Below, piece after piece: positions 13,151 to 27,300 of a DNA stretch of 64,000 nucleotides. This DNA comes from Hydrurus foetidus (Eukaryota): NCBI GenBank assembly GCA_900617105.1, contig UYFQ01000265.1, forward strand, positions 1-64,000. The letters run 5' to 3'. The notes under the pieces were generated by a model. The model was not told where the DNA came from. It saw nothing but the letters and a program-made list of their open reading frames with translations, and did no database searches. Position 1 is the first letter of the stretch, and each line of letters starts with the position of its first letter. A program made the position numbers and the translations under genes.

Positions 13151-15828
13151 ATGGCGCCTCTGTCTCTCAAAGTCGCTGTCGTTTTCTTTTTGGTTTGCAT
13201 TCTTCAAAACAATGCCTTTCAGCTTAGAAATCGTCATACCTCGATTTCAATGATGGCAGCAAGCAAATCGGCTGACAATTTTCAGACGGTTTTATCGGAC
13301 GTAGTCAAAGTGATCACAACAACAGGACCACGACAGGGACTGACTCGTTCTCTGCAAGTCGCAAACGCTGTCAGTAAGTTGAGTAGACAGTTCGTTGTAG
13401 ATCAAAAATCTTTCCAAAACGATGATGGTGGGCTCTCGGTTCCGAAAACCATCAAGCGCTTATTCGAGGAACTAGGCGCGACATACATCAAACTTGGTCA
13501 ATTTATTGCAAGTAGTCCTACCTTGTTTCCAGCGGAGTTTGTGCTCGAATTTCAAAGCTGCTTAGATAGAGGTCCTACTGTATCTTTCAACACCATCCGC
13601 GAAATAATCCAGGACGACTTGAAAAGACCTGTGACAGATGTATACACTTATATTGATCCGAAGCCGCTTGCAAGTGCATCTGTCGCCCAAGTTCATAGAG
13701 CACAGCTGAGAGATGGGACACCAGTCGTAATTAAAGTTCGCAAGCCTGGAGTTGACTCTAATCTTCAGGTCGATCTGGGCTTTCTGTACATAAGTTCTCG
13801 TATAATTGAATTTCTCAACCCTGCTTTGGGTAGAGTATCCTTCTCAAGTATTGTCGGGGATTTGCGAGAATCTATGTTGGATGAATTGGATTTCACCAGA
13901 GAAGCACAGAATCTCATAAAATTCCGCGACTTCTTAGATAGGAACGCCATTTCAGGTGCAACAGCACCAAGACCGTTCTTAGAGGCGAGCAATAAAAGAG
14001 TGCTCACCATGGAATATCTGAATGGAGTGCCCTTAGTCGACCTGCAAGGGGTGAAGAAATACACCTCTGATACTGCTGATATTTTATTCACTGCGATTGC
14101 AACATGGGGGAAATCAGTGGCAGAACTTGATTCTTTTCATGCCGATCTACACGGTGGCAATCTACTGGTTCTTCAAGATGGAAGAGTGGGTTTTTTGGAC
14201 TTTGGAATAGGTACATTGTGGCGTAAACACTTACACATTTCATATTCCTATCACATTTAGTGCCTACGTAAAAATCACTGTCACTCTCTTCTAACCTTTC
14301 TCCACTTAATCATTCCACATCCTCTGTTAAAGGCATAATGTAAGACCCTATCTAATCTAAACATAACTGTAATATATAGTGGGCAGGATCACAGGACCTA
14401 TTCTGGATGCTATGGGAGCTCTGATACAAGCCACCATAAATGTAAGACAACCCTTTCTGGCTGCCAGACATTTTTCAAAGAATGACCAGCAATTAATCTG
14501 AACACCTTCTAATTCACTGAAGCATTATCGATTACAGTCTGACTACAATGCTGTTGCTGCTGCATTGGTGCGTATCGGCGCGACTAACGGAGCGGTCAAT
14601 GAATCTAAGCTCGGGAAAGATCTACAAGAAGTGATGATGAAGATAACAGCTATGACACCAGCAACATCCACTGCCGCAGGTAATTGCATAGTGCACTGCA
14701 TCGTATATTACCAGTACATAGAATAGATTTAAATAACCATGAAAGTCAAAGAATCCAAGGCGGAAATGGTGATTTCAACTGGGCTCAAACCTGTCTTCGT
14801 TTTTTATTTCGGACATTTTGTTTTGTTCTGGGAATGTTTGTGTGAGCCCCCTATGAAGTGTTTGGCATAATTGCTGTACTGTCTTGATGAGAGCTGCGCC
14901 AGCGCTGAGATTATTTCTAAACGGGTCCAGCTGGCTGGCTGGCTAACTGGCTGGTTGGCTAGCTGCTGTCTGTGTGTATGTATGTATGTATGTGTGTGTA
15001 TCTGCAGTCTGTCTACCTAACTGGCTGGCTGGCTGCTGGTTGTCTATCTATTTGTCTGTCTGTCTGTCTGTTTCACTCATCAAATCATTTGGTAAGAAAC
15101 AATCTACCTTATTCATTTCAAGTAGGATCTACTGTTGCCGCCACTATGAGTATTGACGACAGAGAGAGCACCAAGCTAGTCCTAGAGGTGGTGGCGGTGG
15201 CCGAGAGTAACGGCTTGAAGTTACCCAGAGAATTCGGTCTACTGCTAAAACAGGTCAGATTTTTTTTTTGAGTAGGTTACAATTTATTATTGCTGCTACG
15301 GTATCGCAAACATTTTATCTCTCTCTTTTCTTTGACCTAATTACGAGAGCACTCATGTGATACAACACAATACTCAAACAAGCATACATATGCACGTACG
15401 TACTTCAGGCTCTGTATTTCGACAGATATCAGAAGTTGCTGGCCCCTGGATCGGATCCTCTCAGAGACCCCCGCTTGAGGGACTATCTGAACAGTGAAAT
15501 GAACGGCTCAAAGAGTGTTGAGACTGCTGCTGTTGCGATGGACACTGTGGAGGTGTCGACACCTGTCCTTACCTCAGCATCTTCCGCTTCAGCTGTCAGT
15601 GCTTCTTCGTCTATTTCCTCTTCCCCTTCTTCTTCTCCTTCCTCCTTCACTTCCTCTTCTCCTCCATCTCCATCCATCTCTCCCTCTGTCTCTGATATCA
15701 GCAATGTCGTCAAGGAGAGCAGTACTTCTAGTGACGTAACCATCGACAGCATCAACGCTGGGTCTGTCCCTGACGTCACTACTGATGGCACAGATGACTG
15801 GGCACTGAGTGATATTATTTCTAAATAA
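13151..15828 (+). CDS. ABC1/UbiB-family atypical kinase, probably plastid-targeted, about 5 exons
   Basis: Motifs LGATYIKLGQ, PLASASVAQVHRA, VVIKV, ELDFTREA, FHADLHGGN, LDFGI and LPREFGLLLKQ. The N-terminal hydrophobic signal ends NNA|FQL, like the ASAFAP motif. Ser-rich C-terminal tail. Confidence 0.9.
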
Positions 15829-16569
15829 TTCGCACATAACACACCATATCTACCTATCCTACTATCCTTAGCATAATTGCAATTGATGGGACTTCAAGTA
15901 TACGTACTAGGAATCCTTCTATGTAGACTGCCGGTCATAGAAAAGAAAGTTGACGGAGATTAAAGTGGGTGTGTTGTGCGGGTGTTGAAGAATCAACTGC
16001 ACGAAATGCAAGTGGAGAAAAACGGATGAAGAAGTGGGGTAGTATCGACTCCTCACAATCAATCACATCTCCTCTTCTCTCTTCTTCTGGGGAATGCACA
16101 GAGGTTTTTGAAATGCTTGCCGTTTAATGAAATCCTCATACTTTGAAGTTGAATTGTGTGAATAGCAGCCCAACTGATAGTGTTAACATTGTATCTATTT
16201 TTCCCAATTGTTTCAAATTGTAATTCTATAGCCATAACGCATCTAAGAAATCATCACATTGCAGGGATCGATCTGAATTTTGTCTCCATTTTTCCTGAAA
16301 CTATTTTGTTGATGAAAGATATATAGTAGTCATCCTAAAAATGACAAAGGGACTGTCCCCACAGGGATAGGGATACAATTCAATATCCGACATTCTAAGC
16401 CAATTGATGCGATTAGCAAAACACTCACAACCTCTGCACAGGTTGCTGAGTTTGACAGCTTACAAGATAGCTATCTTGACAGCGTATGCCCTATTTTATG
16501 TGACTCTCAATCCATACTTTTCTGCATGACCTTTCAGTTGCTGTGAAGTGGTCCTTAACTGAAAGTACT

Positions 16570-17601
16570 ATGGTTTCTGTTGATTATTACAGCATCAACG
16601 TTTTCGTAGCAATGCTGTTGGTCACAACTAGAGCAGCAATGCTCACTTCATCCAAGAAGTTCGCAAGTAGCACGAGTCAGCACCATAAGCAAATTTTCTC
16701 TCGAAGCTCGTCGAAGGATACGGCTCGTTCAATGACAATGAGTTCTTTCAGTGGAAACGATGTGTCACAGTACATGATTCTTGCGAGCCGAACTAACGAG
16801 AAAGTTAAACTAATGAAATCATTGAACCTGAAGAAAAACAGAGACCGTGAGGGTATGCTGCTATTAGAGGGACATAGGCAGATTATTGATGCTATTAATG
16901 GGGGCTATTTGCCAAGCACTTTGCTCCTATCTGACGAAGCAATTTCTGCACCGTTAGGCCAGCAATTGGTGAACTCCTTGATAAAGTGCGCACCAACATC
17001 AATATATAGAGCAGCGAACGATCTTATCCAGAGCATATCTGATACAGTGCACTGCCAGGGAGTTATAGCGTCTTTCCCGAAACCGAAAATCAGTAACAAT
17101 TTAGCCTCCATAGATTCACCTCTGATTGTTCTGATGGATCAGCCAACTGACCCAGGAAACTTAGGAACTATTATTAGGAGTGCATATGGCCTCGGTGTTG
17201 ATGCAGTTATCATTGTTGATGGGTGCGATCCGTGGTCACCGAAAGTCCTTAGGAGCGCCATGGGAATGTGCTTGAAACTTCCTGTTTTCGAAACTACTTG
17301 GAAAGACAACAATGTTCCTAATCTGCTATCTCAAATGACCGGTAAAAAGGGCCCATATCAATTGTTGCTTGCGGATGCAGATCCATCCGGTTCTGTGTAT
17401 CACCGTGTAGACATGACCGGTCCCACTGTTCTGGTGGTCGGATCGGAAGCTGCAGGAATAGGTTCTGACGCACGTTCATTGTTAGGAGCGAAATATATTC
17501 GCATTCCTACACCGGAGAATAGAGACGATGTGGAGTCTTTCAACGCTGCTGTGGCAGGATCCATTCTTATAGCTGAAGCAGCAAGGCAGAGAGGGGGATA
17601 G
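16570..17601 (+). CDS. SpoU/TrmH-family RNA 2'-O-methyltransferase, probably organellar
   Basis: Motifs DPGNLGTIIRSA, DPWSPKVLRSAMG, VVGSEAAG and VESFNAAVAGSILIAE. The exact start codon is uncertain. Confidence 0.9.
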   Translation: MVSVDYYSINVFVAMLLVTTRAAMLTSSKKFASSTSQHHKQIFSRSSSKDTARSMTMSSFSGNDVSQYMILASRTNEKVKLMKSLNLKKNRDREGMLLLEGHRQIIDAINGGYLPSTLLLSDEAISAPLGQQLVNSLIKCAPTSIYRAANDLIQSISDTVHCQGVIASFPKPKISNNLASIDSPLIVLMDQPTDPGNLGTIIRSAYGLGVDAVIIVDGCDPWSPKVLRSAMGMCLKLPVFETTWKDNNVPNLLSQMTGKKGPYQLLLADADPSGSVYHRVDMTGPTVLVVGSEAAGIGSDARSLLGAKYIRIPTPENRDDVESFNAAVAGSILIAEAARQRGG

Positions 17602-18391
17602 TTTAATCACATTCTCTAGTCTGTGCCGTTAGTCGTACGTCTATACCTTCACAGTGGTTTTTAATTCTGTTATTTACTGTAGATATTGTTCACATTTATC
17701 GGGAAGTAATATCTTGTTTTAAAAGTGCTTTAGAATTTATTGCGTCTGATGTGAGAGGGCTAATCGTTGTGTGGAAAAGGCCATCTCTCTTCCATATGCG
17801 GAACAGTTTAAATGAAATAAAAGCGCGAGGAGGCCCAGTGGCATGAAGTACGTCCTCACATCTCCTTGCCACTGCACTAGAATGACATTGATTTCGTTCG
17901 GAGCGATGAACTTAATTGTCGGAATTTCCCCTGGGATAAAAATGAAAAGAAAAGACCTCGGAACTACAGATTCGAAGATCCTGCATGGATCTGGAATTAA
18001 TTGCTCCGGGTATGTTTCTACACGTTCGCTTCAAATTGCCTATTTACGCAAGTTTGACATCCCATTACACTGGAATGATATGAATTATTCCAACAGGTGC
18101 AACCACTGTCAAACCGAGGGAATTGCACTTTCTCTCTTCGGCCGTGTGAAAACTGTTCTAAGCAACAAAAATGAAGTATCTTTCAACCGATCATGCGTAT
18201 ATTGATGATTACTACCAATGCAGTGCGCAAATAAGGCGTGAAATGCGTCCTGCTTAAAGCACAGTAAACAAATAGTATTTCCTACAACACAATTCTAAAA
18301 CAGTAAAAAGTACGGAAAAAATGGAAATATTTGTAGTGTAATAAAAGAGCACGCACAAGGGGTTTAGAAAGTAAGAAATGTGTGAATTGGA

Positions 18392-21300
18392 TTAGAGCAG
18401 TTGTAAGTCTCTAGCAGCCATTCCTTCATAGCATGTCAGCCCGTCTCTGTTCTGCAGAGAATCGTCCGCTCCTTTGCTCACGAGATAATCTCCAAGAGCA
18501 TTATATCCGAATCCAAATGCAAAGTGTAGCACAGATTGACCGAATATGTTCTGAGTGTTTATTGGCGCCCCTCTGCGGAGACACAATTTTGCAAGTCGTT
18601 TATTGCCATTCTGTACGACTACATGCAGCACTGTATTGCCTGATGCGTCTTGATAGTGTATAGGCAAGCGCCAGTCGGGCTGATTTAGTAAATCTTCAAC
18701 CTCAGTGAATTTGGAATGGCGACACAGTGAAGCCAATTTGTTGAACTCTTCTTGTTGTGCTTGATCCAAGCTGATGGCAGCTAGCACCTTCGATTGACCG
18801 TCACGGTCTTCAATGCTCACATATGCATCGCTGCTTGTGATGCCTTGTTGCAACGATACGAAAGGTTCGTTTTTGTGTTTGTCGGGAAGTGTCGCTGACG
18901 ATGCAACACCCACTTTTCTCTCCAGGGCAGCAAAGGAATCCACTGTGGCCGTTAGAGACGGTATAAATTCGGTGTTTAACGGACTCTTTCCTATTAGTAC
19001 AAGATGTTCAAACAGACAGAATCAAATACGATGCTGGTAAGGTAAATAGTTAACAGTAGTCGCCCTTACACGAAAGTTTCTCTATAACAGACGATTCACG
19101 GGAAGTCATATAATAGATTTGTCACAAGATGCTCAGTAGCTTGGATAAAATTTAAAAATCAAAGCAAAGCAAAGAAATGACGATGATCATGGACGAAGTA
19201 TGAGTAATAATGATAACGAAGTGCATTACTAATAATGTTTATTCAACTTTTAATCTCGTGTAATAATAATAATAATAATAATAGTAATGATAATAATAAT
19301 AGTAATGATAATAATAATAATAATGATGATAATAATAATAATAATAATGATAATAATAACAACAGTAATAATGATTATGATAATAATGATGATAATAATA
19401 ATAACAATAATAATAACAATAATATTAATAATGATAGTGTAATAATGATCATGATGTCTTAATAAGAACAATAACCCTTTCGAACTGTAACAATTCTCTT
19501 TTCGAACAAACTGTCTGTCAAAAAATCCTTCATTTTTCAAACATCAGTACATTCCACTGACCTGCGGACCATGGATCGAATGATATCGCAAGCCAGTCCA
19601 TCGCAGCGCTGCGAGGCTTGACTCTCCCCACTGCCCTGGACTGGGGCAGGTTAGGCACTTGGGGTAGATAGTCCACATCTTGACGAGCTATGTGAGTCGA
19701 CACGATTGTCTCGAAAAATCCTAAGCGGTAGAAATGTGTGCGACAGTGGGGATTTTAGAATTGAGAATGAGATTCCATGAATGGTGTACTGCAGTACCAT
19801 ATTGTGCGGTGTAAGGTGAACTTCGGCAATTGCACCATCTGACATTAACATCAGATCTTAAAACTTAAACCATGGCGTACAGTCTAACTACAAAAATACC
19901 AACACGAACAAAAATGTTCAAAACACCAAGATCAAACAACTTAAAATCAAAAACAATGACAGCAACAGGACATACATCACCAATACTAAAAACAACAACA
20001 ATAACAACAAACATTAACACTCACCTGAAGGAGGAGGTAAGCGCAGCAATTGAAGATTTTTACTACTCTCAGAATTAGAGTCGAAATTCTCGAACGAAGA
20101 AGAATGACCATTTTTTCTTTCTTTTTCTTTGCTCGCTTCCAAATGTGTAGTGTACCTTATTAATTTATACGGAAATAATTTAAAAATCGGATGTCAAATA
20201 TTCTGCATTAATATGATGTGTATAATATGATTATTAGATGGGTAAATCTATTCTCGAACTTAATAGAGCTATTCATGTGATACGTTTAATAATCTTCGTG
20301 CATCGCAGCTGTGATAACACACACGATGTCTAGTGTTCATATCTTGAGTGGGAATTATTCAAAAATGAAGGCATAGTTACAGTCATGAGAGGTATCTTTT
20401 CCTCTATCTTACCCTTCCCTTTCCGATGCAATTGTGCACAGTTCTGGATACAGAATCACGGGTACACGGTCCATCACAGCATCATTTGCGTTCTGGGGAA
20501 TTTCTGCGATAGAGTTTATTTTTATGTAATGCATTTCATGTCAGATTTGTGACCGTTATGGAGTTGTAAAATGTAATGATGGTGATCATATTCGCAATGA
20601 GTCATAAAATACCACCAAAAACTTCAAAAGTCACGATCAATCGAGATGACGTAGAATAGAACTAAATGAACAACAATGCAAAAAAACAGCAGTATGATAA
20701 AAGAGGAACATAAAAATCTTCTGCAGTAGATGAAATTCTAATAAATTCTAGGAACTATAACCGCATACAATATACATGATGATGACTCAAATCATTCATG
20801 AAAAAAATTCATACCGTTATAAACTCTTTTTGCAGGTTTAGGAAAATCAAGTACGTCATCATGCCGAAGAAATTGTATTGTCTGAGCACCAGCAACTTCG
20901 AGCCCTGTAAGTCTTCGCTGAATAAGCGCCTTTGTTCTCTCTATCTGCGACAACTCTTCTCTGTGGTCTAAAGCATTCAGGACGGAGTGGGAAGACATCG
21001 TCGCTGTTGCATGGTTTATTGGCTCTACGTATTTTAGCTGCAGTGTAGTAGAAGTACAGTTTGGTCGTCTTACTTCTATTTCTTTCTTGTTTGCTACTAC
21101 TGAGTGATACTCATGTTCACTCAAAATAGGAAAGACTGTACTACTATATTCGTCATTACTATCATCTCCATACACGACAATACTCCCACTGTTTTCCACT
21201 TCGCCTGTAAGAGACGGCTGATAGGTAAGAGGTTCGAGTCCTTTGTCTGTCACGTTTTCGAATCCCTTATTGGTCAGTGGTTCGAATCCCTTGAATGCTC

Positions 21301-24300
21301 CACTTTGCATCAAAGCCATACCCACCCCTAATCCGAACTGTATCATATCTTGGGGGGATCCTGTACCCACCCCCAACCCACCGGCTGCCATGTTAGAGAG
21401 AGCTTGTCCAAGTGACATAGTGACAGCATTCATCATGATTGCATTTGTATCTGTTGTCAAAGGCTGTAGTTTGATTGGGGTCGAGGTATTCGATATAGAC
21501 TGTAAAGTTAGCCGGGATTCGGTGTTATTGTTTATCTCCCTGTCATGCTTGGTCGTATCCGTTACGGCTAATTTCTCACCAGTGTCTGCATATACATATA
21601 TGTTTTTGTTGTTGTGTTGTGTTAAGTCGCATCATGACTTATCATATTATATCATGCTAAGTTACGTCCTCGCCTTTCATATCTTGTCATTTCGTATCAC
21701 ATATTGAATCGTTACAAATCATACCATGTCGTATACATCATGTTATGCCATTAATGTCACATCACATGTCATCACATCACATCACATCACATGTCATCAC
21801 ATCACATTACATATCATCACATCATCATCATATCATATCATTTTAGATCACATCATATTACATCACATCATGCAATTGCATATTATGATACTTAATGTTG
21901 AATTACCTTTCACATTAGCGTGGGATCTGATTGTATATACATTGCTCATATCCGATACCGGATAGCTTAGCTGTTTCAAATTGCTGGACCCTGTCGAAAC
22001 ACAGTAAAGTAAAATTCTTAGCAAATTTATACAAAAAAATTAGCGAAGAAGTTCTTCTTTATCAATTCATATTGAGTGGCAATAATAGATAAAGATAAAA
22101 GGATAAAGTAGGAAATGGTTCAGAACTCTTACCACTCTAATTTCATTTCACCTAATAAGTTCATAGTGATATTCGAATACATATTTGACAAAGAAATAGA
22201 CTCAATCTTTCTTGAGAACTTCATACGTACCTTGAGGGACAATTTTATTTTCCGTATATTCTGATGGGCTAGGAACAGTTTTATCAGAACGTGCGATTAC
22301 AGCTGCTTTAGCCACGTGTCTTCTTCTCCTCATTGCATCAGGCTCACTCTCGTGGTAATTCAACATCGTCTACAAAACAGAATGCAATGAATGTAGTAAT
22401 ATAAAGAACAGGAAGGGAAATAGATAAGAATTTTAATTTATTGGTACTGGATGTTTATCACTGTACCAAGACATCAAAAAGAGTGCATATTTCCACGAAT
22501 TCAGGGTGAAAAAAGTGTTTTTTACATTTCTCAACCGCCATTATCAAGATCAATTTGAGACAAATCTTTCTGCTGCGATAATGATGTCAGCAAATTTGTA
22601 AACGTCTCAGTGAGTCAGTTACCTTTCGGAATGTTCCTTGATCTTGGTTTATCGTAGATCCGTCCAGACCTCTCGTCATTATGGTGGGGAGTTCGTTGTG
22701 ATTCGTGTCAACTACGGTGCAGGAGTGAGGGAGGGAGGGAAGAGAGGGAGGGAGGGAGAGAGGGAGGGTAAGAGGGAGGGAGGGTAAGAGGGAGGGAGGG
22801 AGGAAGAGGGAGGGAGGGATTCGTTGGAAGAGAGACACCCCATGCGATTGAGGGGGTGCTAATGTTGGGGGAAGGAAGGGTACAGTACAGTACGGTATTG
22901 CATTGTACGATACAGTGCACGCATGTCGTAGACGTATCAACATTTCCTATTTCATTAGAAATCTGGCACGTGTCACGCTTTCACCACATCGTTGATCACA
23001 TTCTCTACTGACTTCACTTTGCTATCACTGCACCATTGTATAATAAATCGCCAACACAACACAATGCTGTACAAAAAGTGCAACACTTGCGAAGAACGCA
23101 CGGACATACCTCCTTTTAGATGTGCTCTTTTTTCCTCCGTATGTAACGGCTTTTCCCAATACGTCTGTCCTGTGCCTCTAAAATTGCGCCGAATAATACC
23201 GCGTGCGTTCATACGATGAAAATAAAGCATACGATCAGATAATAGATATGAAAGATGGGTGGGTTGGTTGCTAGGGTACTTCATATACCTGACAGAAGTA
23301 ACGAATGAAAATAGAAAAAGCAACAGATGAAAAGAATTTCTTTGGTAAGGTGCAGCTATTGAGGTTTTAGGAGGAGAGAGGCTTGATGTGATTTGATTTG
23401 ACGAGATGAAATAAGAGTGATGAGGCGCACACCGACCAACCTATGGTACCAATAAGGCACACCATCATCTGTTTTGAATTCTTGAATTCTTTCTTCCTGT
23501 ACAAATGCCCATGATCTGTACACTGCCACCATTGTCTGACCCAACGGCATTTCATCTCTACAATAACCGTAATTTGGAGTGAAGAGATTATTTAGGGTTC
23601 TTGAAAATGTGATAATAAAATGAGTGATGTAATTTTTATGTACGAGTCAAAACAACACTGTTTGCAATGTATCGAACTCAGTCATGAATTTTAGAGTCCC
23701 CTGAAAAAATTATAGCCTCTCATAAAAGATGGATAAATAGTAGAAATATTCACCTAAATTGCGACATGAATTCTCCACATTCTTGAGTAGTCATGGCAGT
23801 GAAAACTTGTCCTTTGCTCATCGAAACAGAAGCGTTCAGAAGTAAATGATAGAAATCAAGTGTACTTGTGATACGCAAAGTAGGGACACAAAAAGGATAG
23901 GACGAGTCAGCCCTTGTGGTACGTGCGTCATTTGCCTTAGGACTGTTTAGAGAAGCTATTTCAGTGCTTGGCAGGAATGAGAAGGGGAAACTCTCTGATT
24001 GCGACTGCAGGCTGTGAATGAGATGTAGAAGGGGGAAATGATTTAGAAATTACATCGATTCTAAGCAGACATCAATGATTCCAATAATGATGATAAGGAG
24101 ATGACATAGGAGAAAAAGAAGAAGAAAAAGATGGAGATTCAGATTATGAAGAAGAACAGGGAGAGGAGGAGGGAATTAGATAAGAAGCACTGAGTTGATT
24201 ACAAACTGGAAATAATTTATCACAAGTAGTCGGAGTAGAGAGAGATATGAAATGGCGAGGATGCGCGATGAGAATCGACACACACACAGACTGACACATC

Positions 24301-27300
24301 AACATTCAGACAGACATACTCACATAGAACAGATTGACAAGTAGGCAATCGCGCATACTGATAGTTACAAAGATACAGAGACAGACAGGAAGATGCACAA
24401 ATAGAGACGCAGACAGACAGTCGCACAGGCAGACAAAAAAATGACACACACACTCACGCACACATGCGGCCAGACAGAGTGCAGCAGTGTAACGCACCTG
24501 GGACTCCAAGCTGTAGTCCTGAATCCGTGTGACGCCTGTTCTCCTGTCTGCTCTGGTCTATTTACACACAAAATGAATAAAATGAATAAGATGAATAGTG
24601 TGAATCAGTGAAGAGGAATGATAGCAGAAAGGACGAATACGTGGCGCACTATAAATTATGAGTGTCGCACTAAGAATCAATAATATGTGGGATCTTGGAC
24701 CGTACATACCTGTTAAGTCCGTACAGGTGCTTCTCGTCCGATCCTGCGTGAGAACTGATGTGGATGGTGGGAGCCCTGCGGTAGTTGAGGGGATGTTCTA
24801 AAGGACGAGTGACGTACACTTGCATCCCTATAGGGGTGGAATGGATGGGATGGGAGTGGGAATGGGAGTAGGGCGGGTTTATGAGGAATAGGGGTCTCAG
24901 AAGGGTAATGAGGTAGAGAAGGAGTGTTCAAAGTGTGGCGAGATGTCATGAGGTGCAGTGACGAGAAGAAGCATGAAAGAAACTCCTACTCACCAGGACC
25001 GATCGAAATGTACAAGAAAAATCGAAGAACTTTTGAAATAATCAACACCAAATCGATAATTGCACTGAGAAAGATTATTTGCATGGTACAAAAACTGGAA
25101 GCTAATTCTTAGTTTGGCGATAATGGCATACTGTAAATAGTCAATATCGTGGTAGGCTGATGACAGTTTTTCGTTTTCAATTTTTAGTTTTACATTACCA
25201 GGTGGCATGGGTATTGAATTAAACTTTATGGTCGTTTCCGGAGATATCCCTATGAAAAACAAAGAAAAGAAAAAAAGAAAAGAAAAACGAAATATGAAAG
25301 ATGCAAAATCAAAAAAAGAAATGAAGGAGAGTGATACTCATAAAATCTGGAATTTTATTTAGGTTAGAAGTACGTTGAAGTTCTCCACATAACTGTGAAG
25401 TGCCCGCATGAAAAAGAGAGTCATGATGGAATAAGACTTCATGAGAAATTTTACCTGGACTGACGGAAGATTTGTCCATGACGATCAGGCTACCGTACAT
25501 ACACGGTTCGTGTGTGGTAACAAGTTGATGCACAAGCAGCTCCATGGGTAATCCACCGACAGCAAGATTGCCTTTGTGACAATTAAATTAGATTATACGG
25601 TAATAATGGGATTCAGTTCAAGGATGAAAAATCAATATTAATATTTCAAAAATTATAGAATACCCAGAGAAAGTCGTAAACTGTAATAGTTAGGGTAAAA
25701 AACGAAAAAAGAAAAATACCTGGGGCCGGTTTTCTTCCAAGAGTGGCGAACTTAATAGTGACGGGGGAAGGTTCGAGGACTTTTTGCAATAGCTGAATTC
25801 CAGATATATCAGAAGTTTCGATTTTTTCTCCTGATGGATCTTCGTGATTTCCTTTGATGAATTAAATCAAATAAAATAAGAATGAAAAATAACGATGATA
25901 ACGATCACGAAGATAATGAGGGTAGTAATACTGCTATGACTTTCGGTCAGTCTTGGGCGATAGTCTTGCACTGGATGTATATTTCATTTTCCGTGATCTA
26001 CTTTGAATAATAAACTCTCAGTTCTTAGACACTGTCCGTAGACAATTTGATACAACACATGAATGTGAGAACCGCTCACCGATGCGGAAATCATCGCACT
26101 GAAGTCTGTGTGAAAAATTGCCATCTTCATATTCAGAACTTTTTTGTTATCATCTCTTCTTGCATACATCGGAACCACTGCTTTCTCTTCTTTTTCTTCT
26201 TTTTCTTTTTCGTTTTCATTACCTCAACCTGTAAGTCTTCTCTACCTCGTTCTCTACCTCCTTTCTCAACTTAACTGCCTTCATACCTCTGAAGCAAATC
26301 AGTAAAATAAAATAGTGAATTCATTGCAAGTCACCTATTATTCCTGATATTCCTTTGGCCGTGGATACCGGAAATAGCCGGGGATTTCCGGTCTCGGTGG
26401 TAGCCTACGGTATAACGTTTACGGTGTATCGTCAAGTGAAATAAATTTGACAGAGAAAAATTTATGTATTTTGAATGATAAAAAAATCCCGGAAACCACA
26501 AATTCTAAATTCAATTGATTACTCTTTTTTTAACAGATAAACCATGTAAATTATTCCATTTTTTACATTTGAGTTTTCACTGATTTTTGCATCTCAAATA
26601 GAGTGTGAGTCAATCAATCAATCAATCAATCAACAGACAAACATGCAGCTAGGTAGACAAATTTAAATTGCTCTACCGTATAGTTGGGAGTGGGCATGGG
26701 AATCGTTACGGGGAGGGGGAGAGGATACACTATCATCTCGTACATTATAAGAGGTTCCGGAGCAGGGCCTGTACGTACGGATTTGAAGAATAAGTACGTA
26801 CGAATTTAAAAAGTAAGTGCGTGTGGATTTGAAAAATAAGTACGTGTGGATTAGCAGCAGGTAGGAGAGGAGAGTTGTTGGTGTGTGTTGCGAATTTTGT
26901 GCGATGGAAAAATGAAAGATATGAGAATGAGATATGAGTTATGTAGTGTGAGTATGTGAGAGTTGTCTGACAGACGGCCAGATAGATAGATAGATAGATA
27001 GATTGGTAGACAAATCGCTAGACATTCATACATGCATACATACATACATACATACAAACAAATAAACAAGCAAGCGGATAATATCTAAACCCCTCTCTAT
27101 ATATTCTCTACCCCCTCTACCTGTTACAATTAGTTCCACTTCTAGTCCAAGTACCTCATCATACCTACGCACCAGAGGAGAATTCTCATCTCGATCAGAA
27201 TACGCAAAACCCGTCACTGGTGCTATTGGTAAAAAAGCTGATATTTTTTTCGTATAATTCCGTACTATTATCTGAGATCTATCACCACGTCTTGATTTCA

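Noticed and set aside
14755..14800. A-box/B-box-like tRNA or SINE relic in the ABC1 kinase intron
   Set aside because: Poor match, spacing too short, no stems.
19235..19540. Poly-Asn and poly-Ile ORFs (also 48416-48918)
   Set aside because: Translations of intronic (TAA)n microsatellites.
21225..21295. tRNA T-loop-like GGTTCGAATCC / GGTTCGAGTCC
   Set aside because: These are the reverse complement of the coding KG(F/L)E(P/N) peptide repeat; no cloverleaf is present.
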